DNA of 64,000 nucleotides, taken from positions 68,036 through 132,035 of the forward strand of contig JAGVRI010000008.1 of assembly GCA_018606645.1 (NCBI GenBank), given 5' to 3'. This document shows, in pieces, positions 38,112 through 46,858 of this stretch (within the stretch, counting starts at the first letter, position 1; each line of letters opens with the position of its first letter). Below the pieces are notes generated by a model. It saw only the letters and a list, made by a program, of their open reading frames with translations. It did no database searches and had not been told where the DNA came from. The position numbers and the translations under genes are program-made. Source of the stretch: Chloroflexota bacterium (GTDB taxonomy: Bacteria; Chloroflexota; Anaerolineae; JAAYZQ01).

Positions 38112-40453
38112 TCGACGGGTGGGGCGTTTTCAGCCAGGCACTGTGGATTATCGGCCTGGCGGTCAATCTGGCGGTAATCAGCACGGCGAACTATCAGGCC
38201 CAGGTGGAGCGGGTTCGCTTGCGACAGAAACTGGGCGAAGCTGGGTTCCAGCTTGGGATCAACCTGGGCATGGTTCTGTTTTGCGTGGGACTGCTTCTTG
38301 CCGGACGTTCCTGGTGGGAGAAGGCGCTGTGGGGCCTGGTGGGCGTGTCATTTTTGGCCCAGTTGCTCTGGGTCGGGCGCGTAAGGTTCTTGGCCTCCTC
38401 ACGCGCCGTACTTCGAGAGGAAGCGTCCCAACCCGAACCTTCAGCCGAAACCGCGAAACCGCGCTCAGGGGGACCGCGCCGCTGGCTGGGCATGGTATTC
38501 CTGGTGGCAGGGGTGTTGATCCTGCTGGGCTGGCTGGTGGTGACCAGTGTCCAGGTGTTTCAGCATACCCTCTCGCTCCGTGCCCATCTCCAATCGTTGG
38601 AAAGGGTCGCGCGGGGCAACATCAGCCGGTTAGGGCCGGCTGAATGGAAAGAGGCTGGAGGCCATCTGACCGGGATGCGCCAGGACCTGGAGGCCTTGGA
38701 TGCTCAGCTAGGGCCTTTTCTGCCGCTGGGACGTTTCCTGGGCTGGGTACCGACCTATGGAGGGGACCTGGCGGCAGCTCCTGATCTCCTGGACTTGGCG
38801 GTGGCGATGGTCAGCGCCGGGGACCGGACATTCCGTGCTCTGGCGCCGGCTCTGGACCTTCTTGCTGGCGAGGAATCCGGTACGGACGCCGGGGCAGCAA
38901 TAACCGAGCGCTTGCTTTCGATATTGGAGACGGCGCAACCGGAGTTGCAGGCGGCGCAGCAAGAGCTGGCGATGGCCCAGGAACTGCGGTCCCGTCTTGA
39001 CCGGAACCGGTTGTCCCCCCAAGTGGCTGGATTGCTCGATCGGTTGGATCGCTATGGGCCATGGTTCGAGACGGCCGTGCAGGGGGCAAGCCTGGCCCCG
39101 GGCCTGTTGGGGGCGGAAGAAGCACGAACCTATCTCATCCTGGCCCAAAACAACCAGGAATTACGGGCTACTGGCGGCTTTATCAGCGGGGTGGGTGAAC
39201 TCAGAATTCGGAAAGGGCGTTTGGAATCGTTGACGTTCAGCGATAGTTACGCGGTGGACAACCTGGCGGTGCCCCATGATCTGACTCCGGTTGATTTTCA
39301 GCGGACTCTGTTCGGACAGTTGTGGTTTTTCCGGGACACGAACTGGGATCCGGATTTTCGCACTTCGGCCCGGCGCGCCCTGGAAGTCTATGCCCGGGAC
39401 CGGGGGGTGCGGGCTGATGGCGTCATCGCTCTGGATCTGACCGCCCTCCAACGCCTGGTGAAGGCGGTGGGTCCGCTCCAGGTGGAAGGCATTGCCGAAC
39501 CGGTGACCGGTCAGAATCTGCTCCAGGTGCTCCGCCAGGAATGGGGCCGGTCGTCGGCCGAAGAGGGGCAAGAATGGCGTGAGTGGTGGCTGCATCGCAA
39601 AGATTTTATGGGTCCTATCGCTCGGGCGCTGATGGAAAGGCTCACAACAGGTCGAGGCTTGCAAGCAGCAGCCTTGATCCCAGCCTTGATCCAGATTCTG
39701 GAGGAGAAACATCTGCTGATCTATATGGCTGATCCTGAGGTGGCCGAGTTGCTGCGCGCCAGAAACTGGGATGGAGCGTTGGTAGCCCCGCCTGCATCGG
39801 ATGCCTTGTTGGTGGTAGATACGAATGTCGGTTTCAACAAAGTGGATGTCAACATTGAGCGCTCGATTCATTACCAGGTGGATTTGACGACTCCAGAGAA
39901 CCCCCGGGCGCAACTGGTTCTGACCTACCAGAACCAAAGCCGCCGCGTGGCGGAGGCGTGTATCCAGGAAGCGCGGTATGGCCGTACCTACGCCGACATG
40001 ACCGAGCGCTGCTACTGGGACTATGTTCGAGTGTATGTGCCCGCGGGTAGTCAGCTTGTATCGGGACCGCCACCCGCCCTGCCGGCCGGCAGCCTGTTGG
40101 CTCGCAGCGGCGAGGCCTACCCTCAGCCGCCGATCAGTCCGACGCTCCAGGCTGACGATTGGGAGGTATGGACGGTGTTCTTTGCCCTGGAGCCGCTGGG
40201 GCAGCAGACGTGGACGTTTGTGTATGACTTGCCGCCTGATGTGTTGGATTATAGTCCCGATGGGTCGGTTCGCTACCGACTTTGGGTTTTCAAACAACCC
40301 GGCACGGGAGCCGCGCCGCTTGAGGTAGAGCTCGTGCTGCCAGCGAATAGCAAAGTGGTGAGTGCATCGCCCAAGGATCTGCCTGTGATCTCCACCGATT
40401 TGAAGGTGGACCGCACGTTCGAGCTTCTGTTTCGAAGGGAGACCCGTCCATGA
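38108..40453 (+). CDS. DUF4012 domain membrane protein
   Basis: YLILAQNNQELRATGGFI, RDTNWDPDF, DGVIALD, N.GFNK, YVRVYVP.GS, KQPG. Confidence 0.85.
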   Translation: MIDGWGVFSQALWIIGLAVNLAVISTANYQAQVERVRLRQKLGEAGFQLGINLGMVLFCVGLLLAGRSWWEKALWGLVGVSFLAQLLWVGRVRFLASSRAVLREEASQPEPSAETAKPRSGGPRRWLGMVFLVAGVLILLGWLVVTSVQVFQHTLSLRAHLQSLERVARGNISRLGPAEWKEAGGHLTGMRQDLEALDAQLGPFLPLGRFLGWVPTYGGDLAAAPDLLDLAVAMVSAGDRTFRALAPALDLLAGEESGTDAGAAITERLLSILETAQPELQAAQQELAMAQELRSRLDRNRLSPQVAGLLDRLDRYGPWFETAVQGASLAPGLLGAEEARTYLILAQNNQELRATGGFISGVGELRIRKGRLESLTFSDSYAVDNLAVPHDLTPVDFQRTLFGQLWFFRDTNWDPDFRTSARRALEVYARDRGVRADGVIALDLTALQRLVKAVGPLQVEGIAEPVTGQNLLQVLRQEWGRSSAEEGQEWREWWLHRKDFMGPIARALMERLTTGRGLQAAALIPALIQILEEKHLLIYMADPEVAELLRARNWDGALVAPPASDALLVVDTNVGFNKVDVNIERSIHYQVDLTTPENPRAQLVLTYQNQSRRVAEACIQEARYGRTYADMTERCYWDYVRVYVPAGSQLVSGPPPALPAGSLLARSGEAYPQPPISPTLQADDWEVWTVFFALEPLGQQTWTFVYDLPPDVLDYSPDGSVRYRLWVFKQPGTGAAPLEVELVLPANSKVVSASPKDLPVISTDLKVDRTFELLFRRETRP

Positions 40454-41082
40454 AGCGGAGAGATGACCGATGGACCTGGATCGTGGCCCTGGCCGGGATG
40501 CTGATCATCCGGTTACTCGCCGGGGGTGGGGGAAGCGATCTGACCGTCCAGGCTGACCGTCCGAACCAGACGATCCCGACTCCAACCACGCCGGCTCCCC
40601 CGGTTGCCTCACCGACGCCCAAAGCTACATTCACCTCTGTGCCCACGGAACCGCCGGTCACGCCTCGGCCGGCGACCGAAACAGCACCGGCACTTGATAC
40701 TCTTACGCCGACGGCGATGCCGGTTTCGCCGTCACCCACCGCCACTGCCCCGGTCCCCGGCACCCCATCTCCATCGGTGACTGTTCCCGGACCGACGGAG
40801 ACACCGACTGCCACCTCTGAACCAGAACAGAAACCCGTTTCGGTCAGTCCCACTTCCCCGATACCACCATCGGCCCCGGCATTAAGCGTCACCCCAGAAC
40901 TGGCGCAACCCACTCCGGTTGCCTCCAGGGAGGTCGCGCCGACTCCGGAGGCCACTGCACCGACGCCTCCTGCTGCGGAGGCTCGATCCGGATGGTGGTC
41001 CTGGCCGTACCTGTGGATCGCCGTGGGTTTGATCTTGATCGGCGCCGGATTGGTCATGCTGGTGCGACGGCGAAGCTCATGA
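40450..41082 (+). CDS. Pro/Thr/Ser-rich (mucin-like) surface protein with signal peptide and C-terminal TM plus basic tail
   Basis: Low-complexity PT/PS body; ends WWSWPYLWIAVGLILIGAGLVMLVRRRSS; ATGA overlaps on both sides. Confidence 0.75.
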   Translation: MKRRDDRWTWIVALAGMLIIRLLAGGGGSDLTVQADRPNQTIPTPTTPAPPVASPTPKATFTSVPTEPPVTPRPATETAPALDTLTPTAMPVSPSPTATAPVPGTPSPSVTVPGPTETPTATSEPEQKPVSVSPTSPIPPSAPALSVTPELAQPTPVASREVAPTPEATAPTPPAAEARSGWWSWPYLWIAVGLILIGAGLVMLVRRRSS

Positions 41083-42395
41083 CCATTGGTTCGCCCTCCC
41101 GTCGATCGGCGATGCTGGCGTTAACGCTGGTGATCGTGGGGGCGGTTCTGATCGGATGGAGTCTGGTCCGCCTGTGGCCCCACGTCGTTCCTCAATCCGG
41201 CCCGGCAGTCACCGTGTCGCCCACCGTTCCACCTGCGACGGCTACCGAGCCGATCCTGCCTCCTGCCCCCACGGGGCTGTCCCTCGCTACTCAGGAGCGG
41301 CCCATCCACGCCACCCCCTCCCCTCGCTTCCAGACTGCGTCCCCGACGGCAACCGCTGTGGTAGGAGCCGGGCTCTCCCCGACACCGTCGGTGGGTCCGG
41401 GGCCGGTCACGCTGGCGCCATCCTCCAGCTTTACTCCGTCCTCTGTGCCTTCGGCGACGCCAGTACCAGTGTCAAAGGGGCTGTATTCCTTGCGACAGCG
41501 ATTGGGCGTTGGCGCCTCGAGTCGGCGCGTGACACAGGAGGTCGCCCGCGAACTGGAGTTCGGTTGGTACCTGGACTGGACGGCTCGGGCCGACGCGTTT
41601 CGGTCGCCTGAGGTGGAATATCTGCCCATGATCCGGATCAAGAACGGCCAGCCGCATCTGAAGGGGGACGCCCTGCGCCAGGCGGTGAAGGCTCTGCCTG
41701 GAGCGGTATGGCTGATTGGCAATGAACCGGATGTCAAATGGCAGGATAACGTCCCGCCAGAGGTGTATGCCCAGGTCTATCATGATCTGTACGACCAGCT
41801 CAAAGTCCTCGATCCCGCCTGTCAGGTGGCCATCGGCGGCGTGTCGCAGCCAACCCCTCTGCGGATGCGGTACCTGAACCTGATTCTGGAGGCGTACCAG
41901 AGCCAGTACGGCGAGCCCATGCCGGTGGACGTGTGGAACGTGCACAACTTTATCTTGCGTGAAGAACGGGATAGTTGGGGGGTGGACATTCCCCCGGGCC
42001 TGACCGAGCAGACTGGCATCCTGTATGAAATCACCGATCACGATGACCTGACCATCTTCCGTCAGCAGATCGTCGAGTTTCGGAAGTGGATGCGGGACCG
42101 AGGCCAGCAAGATAAACCCCTTATCGTCAGTGAGTACGGGATTCTCATGCCCAATGAGTATGGATTTCCCGCGCGCCGAGTCGAGCAGTTTATGGTGGAC
42201 ACCTTTGAGTTCTTTCGCACAGCGGTCGATCCCGCGTTGGGTTATGCCGCCGACGGGTATCGACTGGTGCAACGTTGGTGCTGGTTCAGTCTGGCCGATC
42301 CCCGCTATCCAACCGGCAACCTCGTCCAACTGGAGAGTGGACAACTGACCCCCCTCGGCAAAGCATTTCGATCCTACGCTGAGTCCCCCCACTAA
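41079..42395 (+). CDS. Membrane-anchored clan GH-A-like protein on a Pro/Thr stalk; paralogue of the N-domain of 34255-36750
   Basis: N-terminal TM, PT linker, WLIGNEPD, QPTPLR, MPVDVWN.HN, IVSEYG, RLVQRW.WFSL shared with the paralogue. Confidence 0.8.
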   Translation: MTIGSPSRRSAMLALTLVIVGAVLIGWSLVRLWPHVVPQSGPAVTVSPTVPPATATEPILPPAPTGLSLATQERPIHATPSPRFQTASPTATAVVGAGLSPTPSVGPGPVTLAPSSSFTPSSVPSATPVPVSKGLYSLRQRLGVGASSRRVTQEVARELEFGWYLDWTARADAFRSPEVEYLPMIRIKNGQPHLKGDALRQAVKALPGAVWLIGNEPDVKWQDNVPPEVYAQVYHDLYDQLKVLDPACQVAIGGVSQPTPLRMRYLNLILEAYQSQYGEPMPVDVWNVHNFILREERDSWGVDIPPGLTEQTGILYEITDHDDLTIFRQQIVEFRKWMRDRGQQDKPLIVSEYGILMPNEYGFPARRVEQFMVDTFEFFRTAVDPALGYAADGYRLVQRWCWFSLADPRYPTGNLVQLESGQLTPLGKAFRSYAESPH

Positions 42396-42713
42396 CAGCC
42401 TATCCGAAAACTCGGACTACTCCCGCCGCGCCACGGCCCGATGGCGGACTGTCGCCCGCTGTGAGCAGGTCTTGGGCTGGTGCTGGCAGGAAGCCTCTCG
42501 GTGTGACCATCGGCCGCCCTACCGGGAGCCATCGTCTCCGCCAACTTGATCCGGCTGTTGCAAAGTAGATTGACAAGCCCGTTGCGGTTTTGTGGAACAG
42601 CCCAGGAGAGTGGACGCCTTCGCTGGGTTCTGCGTGATTCTGTTCCGGCTGAAGCTTCCACTCCCAGCGGGTGTTGGACCTTGCAGCAGCTCTAGCCGAC
42701 CACGCCAGTCGGC

Positions 42714-42742
42714 TTGACAGAGGTAGTGCTATCTGCTAAAAT
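42714..42742 (+). promoter_or_regulatory. sigma70 promoter of tetR
   Basis: TTGACA-17 nt-TAAAAT. Confidence 0.85.
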
Positions 42743-42767
42743 GATACCGACCGGTCGGTATCATTTT
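42738..42767. promoter_or_regulatory. Perfect 30-bp palindrome, probable TetR operator
   Basis: AAAATGATACCGACC|GGTCGGTATCATTTT overlapping the -10 box and predicted start site, 11 nt upstream of the tetR ATG. Confidence 0.85.
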
Positions 42768-42778
42768 CGGAGAGAACA

Positions 42779-43426
42779 ATGGCTACCCAACGACGAGGAG
42801 AAGAAACGCGTTCCCATATTCTGGACGTTGCCCTGGAATGTTTTGCCCGAAACGGCTATGACGCCACCAGTGTAGCAGAGATCTGCTCTCAGGCTGGTGT
42901 CACCAAGGGGGCCTTCTATCATCACTTCTCGGGCAAGCAGTCTCTCTTTCTGGATTTGCTGGAGCGCTGGTTGCAAGGCGTCGATGTCCAGTTGGAAGAA
43001 GCCCACCTCGAGGGGCGGAGTGTGCCGGAGGAGTTACTTCATATGACGGCGCTGGTCGGGCGGGTCTTCCAGGAAGCGAGAGGGAAACTTCCAATTTTCC
43101 TGGAGTTTCTGACCAAAGCCGGGCAGAGTCCTATCGTCTGGCAGGCGACAGTCGTACCCTTTCGCAAGTATCAGCGGTTCTTTGCCGGTCGGATCCAGCA
43201 GGGGATTGAGGAGGGGGCATTCGAGGCGGTGAATCCAGAAATGGCAGCCAACGTCCTCTTGTCTTTTTCGGTCGGGTTGGTGGCGTTGGGTCTGTTGGAC
43301 CCCCATGGCGCGGATTGGGCCCAGGTGGCCCAGGAAGGCATGAGGATCATGCTGGATGGACTGAGAAAGCATCAACGCGACTCAGCGATGAACGATAACA
43401 AACCACGAGAAGGGATGGGAAGATGA
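42779..43426 (+). CDS. TetR/AcrR family regulator
   Basis: HTH: ILDVALECFARNGYDATSVAEICSQAGVTKGAFYHHFSGK. Confidence 0.93.
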   Translation: MATQRRGEETRSHILDVALECFARNGYDATSVAEICSQAGVTKGAFYHHFSGKQSLFLDLLERWLQGVDVQLEEAHLEGRSVPEELLHMTALVGRVFQEARGKLPIFLEFLTKAGQSPIVWQATVVPFRKYQRFFAGRIQQGIEEGAFEAVNPEMAANVLLSFSVGLVALGLLDPHGADWAQVAQEGMRIMLDGLRKHQRDSAMNDNKPREGMGR

Positions 43427-44460
43427 AGGTATTGCTTACTGGAGCATTTGGCAACATTGGCCAGAGTACACTGGCCGAGCTCATTCGAAAAGGGTATACG
43501 GTACGCTGTTTTGATGTCCCCACCCGGGCCAACCGGAAGGCGGCTCGCCGATTTCGAGGTCAGATCGAAGTGATCTGGGGTGACTTGCGCCGCCCGGAGG
43601 ATGTGGCGGCCGCAGTGCGTGATCAGGAGGCAGTGATCCACCTGGCTTTTATCATCCCCAAGCTGTCCGTCACTGGGTTCGAGTGTGAGGAACACCCGGA
43701 CTGGGCGTGGGAGATCAATGTCGGCGGCACCCGGAATCTTCTGGAGGCGATGAAGGCGATGGCTCAGCCTCCGAGACTGCTTTTTGCGTCATCGTATCAC
43801 ATCTACGGCCGCACTCAGGATCAACCGCCACCCAGAAAGGCGACCGATCCGGTCCAGCCGGTTGAACATTACGCTCATCACAAGATCGAATGTGAGGCCA
43901 TGATCCGTGCCTCTGGACTGGAATGGGCTATCCTGCGGCTCGCTGCGACGCTGCCTATCGCCTTGAGGCTGGATCCAGGGATGTTCGATGTGCCGCTCTT
44001 TAACCGGATGGAGTATGTGCACACGCGGGATGTAGGTCTGGCTTTTGCCAATGCGGTCTCTCATCCGGATGTGTGGGGCAAGATCTTGTTGATCGGGGGA
44101 GGTCCCCGCTGTCAGTACACCTATGGAGAGATCGTCCGCCGCGTATTGGAGAGTATGGGGCTTGGGATGTTGCCGGAAGAAGCGTTTACCAAAGTCCCGT
44201 TCCCTACCGACTGGATCGATACAACCGAGAGCCAGCGGCTTCTCCAGTACCAGCGGCATACCCTGGATGACTATATACAGGATATGCTCAGCCAACTGGG
44301 CTATCGGCGGTACCTGATCCGCGTGTTTCGCCCGCTGATCCGGTTCATGCTGTTGAGACAATCGCCGTATTACCGTCCGGCCCAGGCGCGATGGTTCACC
44401 GTGCTCAGCCAGGGACTCAAGATGCTGAAGGGCAAGCCTGGTAGGGTTGGCATCCATTAG
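43423..44460 (+). CDS. Extended SDR oxidoreductase (3-beta-HSD/epimerase-like)
   Basis: TGAFGNIG, IHLA, NVGGT, YAHHK (YxxxK). Confidence 0.8.
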   Translation: MKVLLTGAFGNIGQSTLAELIRKGYTVRCFDVPTRANRKAARRFRGQIEVIWGDLRRPEDVAAAVRDQEAVIHLAFIIPKLSVTGFECEEHPDWAWEINVGGTRNLLEAMKAMAQPPRLLFASSYHIYGRTQDQPPPRKATDPVQPVEHYAHHKIECEAMIRASGLEWAILRLAATLPIALRLDPGMFDVPLFNRMEYVHTRDVGLAFANAVSHPDVWGKILLIGGGPRCQYTYGEIVRRVLESMGLGMLPEEAFTKVPFPTDWIDTTESQRLLQYQRHTLDDYIQDMLSQLGYRRYLIRVFRPLIRFMLLRQSPYYRPAQARWFTVLSQGLKMLKGKPGRVGIH

Positions 44461-44497
44461 GCATGACCTTGGGGAGAACTTGCCGACCCGCATCGGG

Positions 44498-44530
44498 CGC
44501 GGCTGTCTTGGGTGAGACAGCCGCGTTTTT
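44498..44530 (+). terminator. Rho-independent terminator
   Basis: CGCGGCTGTCT-6 nt loop-AGACAGCCGCG followed by TTTTT. Confidence 0.85.
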
Positions 44531-44594
44531 CTTATAGGTCGGAATCGTTGAGTGGAACGACTCTTCAGCCTGAGCGGAACTCGACGGCTCTGGT

Positions 44595-44623
44595 TTGCCT
44601 GCCTTGGATTCATCAAGTATAAT
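44595..44623 (+). promoter_or_regulatory. Putative sigma70 promoter of the acyl-CoA dehydrogenase gene
   Basis: TTGCCT-17 nt-TATAAT. Confidence 0.65.
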
Positions 44624-44683
44624 GGAGGGGATGTCGCAGACGTAAGAAGGAACCCTTCTAGCAATGGCGCAGAGGAGGACCCA

Positions 44684-45841
44684 ATGGATTTCAAATTGAC
44701 CGAAGAACAGAAGATGATCCAGGCGATGGCCAGGGATTTTGCCCAAAAAGAGATCAAGCCGATTGCCGCCCGGATTGACGAAGAGGCGATCTTTCCTGTC
44801 GAAACAGTCAAAAGAATGGGTGAGCTTGGGTTTATGGGCATCGAGATCCCGGAAGAATATGGCGGGGCCGGGATGGATACGATCAGTTACGTACTGGCGG
44901 TCATCGAGATCTCCAAGGCGTGCGCTTCACACGGGGTGATCATGTCGGTCAACAACTCTCTGGTCTGCTATGGCCTGTATGCATTTGGCACTGAGCGGCA
45001 GAAGGAAACATTTCTGGTCCCCCTGGCGAGTGGGAAGAAGCTAGGGGCTTACTCGCTGACCGAGCCCCAGGCAGGTTCTGACCCGGCCAGCATACGCTGT
45101 ACAGCCGAATATGATCCGGTTGCGGACGAATATGTCATCAGTGGGACCAAAGCCTGGGTGACGAGCGGTCCTAATGCGGATGTGATTATCTTGTTCGCCA
45201 TGACCGACCGGAGCAAGGGGAGCCGGGGGATTTCAGCCTTTATCGTCGATACCAAACGTCCTGGTTTCTCGGTGGGCAAAGTGGAACCCAAACTGGGCAT
45301 TCGCGCGTCTCATACTTCAGAACTGATCTTTGAGAACTATCGTCTACCAGCCTGGCACCGGTTGGGGGACGAGGGGATGGGGCTCAAGATCGCCCTGGCC
45401 ATCCTGGATGCCGGGCGGATTGGCATTGCGGCTCAGGCGGTTGGCATCGCCGAAGCTGCCTACGAGGCAGCTCGCGACTATGCCAAGGAGCGGGAACAGT
45501 TCGGTCAGCGCATTGCCGAGTTCCAAGCCATCCAATGGATGTTGGCTGACATGAAGACACGTATCGAAGCATCTCGCCTGTTGACCTATCAGGCAGCGTT
45601 GGCCAAGGAGGAGGCGAAAAAGTCGGGACAACGCTACAGCCTTGAGGCTTCCATGGCCAAGCTCTTTGCGTCGGAAACGGCGATGTGGGTGACGACCAAG
45701 GCCATCCAGATCTTTGGAGGCAATGGCTATAGCAAAGAGTATCCGGTGGAGCGTTACTTCCGGGATGCCAAGATTACGGAGATCTATGAAGGGACCAGCG
45801 AAATCCAGCGGCTGGTAATAGCCCGGAGTATCCTGTCGTGA
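44684..45841 (+). CDS. Acyl-CoA dehydrogenase (short-chain/butyryl-CoA type)
   Basis: LTEPQAGSD, GTKAWVT, KLGIRAS.T, GRIGIAAQAVG, FQAIQ, GGNGY..EYPVERYFRDAKITEIYEGTSEIQR. Confidence 0.95.
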   Translation: MDFKLTEEQKMIQAMARDFAQKEIKPIAARIDEEAIFPVETVKRMGELGFMGIEIPEEYGGAGMDTISYVLAVIEISKACASHGVIMSVNNSLVCYGLYAFGTERQKETFLVPLASGKKLGAYSLTEPQAGSDPASIRCTAEYDPVADEYVISGTKAWVTSGPNADVIILFAMTDRSKGSRGISAFIVDTKRPGFSVGKVEPKLGIRASHTSELIFENYRLPAWHRLGDEGMGLKIALAILDAGRIGIAAQAVGIAEAAYEAARDYAKEREQFGQRIAEFQAIQWMLADMKTRIEASRLLTYQAALAKEEAKKSGQRYSLEASMAKLFASETAMWVTTKAIQIFGGNGYSKEYPVERYFRDAKITEIYEGTSEIQRLVIARSILS

Positions 45842-45883
45842 GAGGAGTCGTGGTAGATTCTCTTGCCTCTTGAGCCAGGGATA

Positions 45884-46858
45884 ATGCTCGATCTGGGAAT
45901 TGTCATTGTCAATTACAATGTCCGCGATCTTTTGCGGGAGTGCCTGGCGTCGGTCCTGGAGAGCCGGGGGGATTTTACTTTTGAGGTGTGCGTGGTGGAT
46001 AATGGCTCGGGGGATGGCAGCGCCGAGATGGTGGCTTGCGACTTCCCCCAGGTACGCCTTATCCAGGCGGAAAACCAGGGCTATGCGGCGGGAAACAATC
46101 TAGGGTTGCGCGCCTTTGGGTTTCGGGACAAGCGGGAAGCGGAGAGCAGCGAGGATCAAGGAGAAGCGGAGGCGCTGCCCCGCTATCTATTGCTGCTGAA
46201 TCCTGATACCGTGCTGCCGCCGTCAGCCCTGGCCGATATGCTCGCCTTCATGGAGGAGCATCCTCGGGCGGGCGTCGCCGGCCCTCGTCTGGTGCGCGAG
46301 GACGGCAGCCTCGATTATGCCTGTCGGCGGAGTTTCCCCACGCCGGAAGTGGCTTTCTATCGGTTCTCTGGCTTGAGTCGGTTGTTCCCGCGCAGCCGGC
46401 GCTTCGGTCGCTACAATGTCACCTACCTGTCGCCCGACGTAACGACCGAAGTGGACTCGGTCGTCGGCGCCTTTATGCTGATCCGCAGCGAGGTACTGAC
46501 CCAGATCGGCCTGCTGGATGAACGATATTTCATGTACGCTGAAGACCTTGACTTTTGCTATCGGGCCAAGCAGCACGGCTGGCAGGTGTGGTACAATGCC
46601 GACGTGGTCGTGCTCCACTACAAGGGTGAATCAAGCCGACAAAGAAGCTCGTTCGCCACCCTCCAGTTCTATCGAACAATGCGCTTGTTCCACGATAAGC
46701 ACTACAAAGAACAGACCTTCTTCCTGGTGAACTGGATGATCTATGCGGCGGTGGCTCTTATGGGCGGGTGGGCGCTCTTGCGGGATCGAATGCGGCCAGC
46801 CGGTCAGCGGGGCGTGGCCTCGGCAGTCCCAGTGAGTGGGGGAAAGAGATCGAAATGA
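45884..46858 (+). CDS. GT2 glycosyltransferase (WbbL-like)
   Basis: IVNYN, VDNGSGDGS, GYAAGNN, LLNPD, GAFML, YFMYAEDLD. Confidence 0.88.
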   Translation: MLDLGIVIVNYNVRDLLRECLASVLESRGDFTFEVCVVDNGSGDGSAEMVACDFPQVRLIQAENQGYAAGNNLGLRAFGFRDKREAESSEDQGEAEALPRYLLLLNPDTVLPPSALADMLAFMEEHPRAGVAGPRLVREDGSLDYACRRSFPTPEVAFYRFSGLSRLFPRSRRFGRYNVTYLSPDVTTEVDSVVGAFMLIRSEVLTQIGLLDERYFMYAEDLDFCYRAKQHGWQVWYNADVVVLHYKGESSRQRSSFATLQFYRTMRLFHDKHYKEQTFFLVNWMIYAAVALMGGWALLRDRMRPAGQRGVASAVPVSGGKRSK

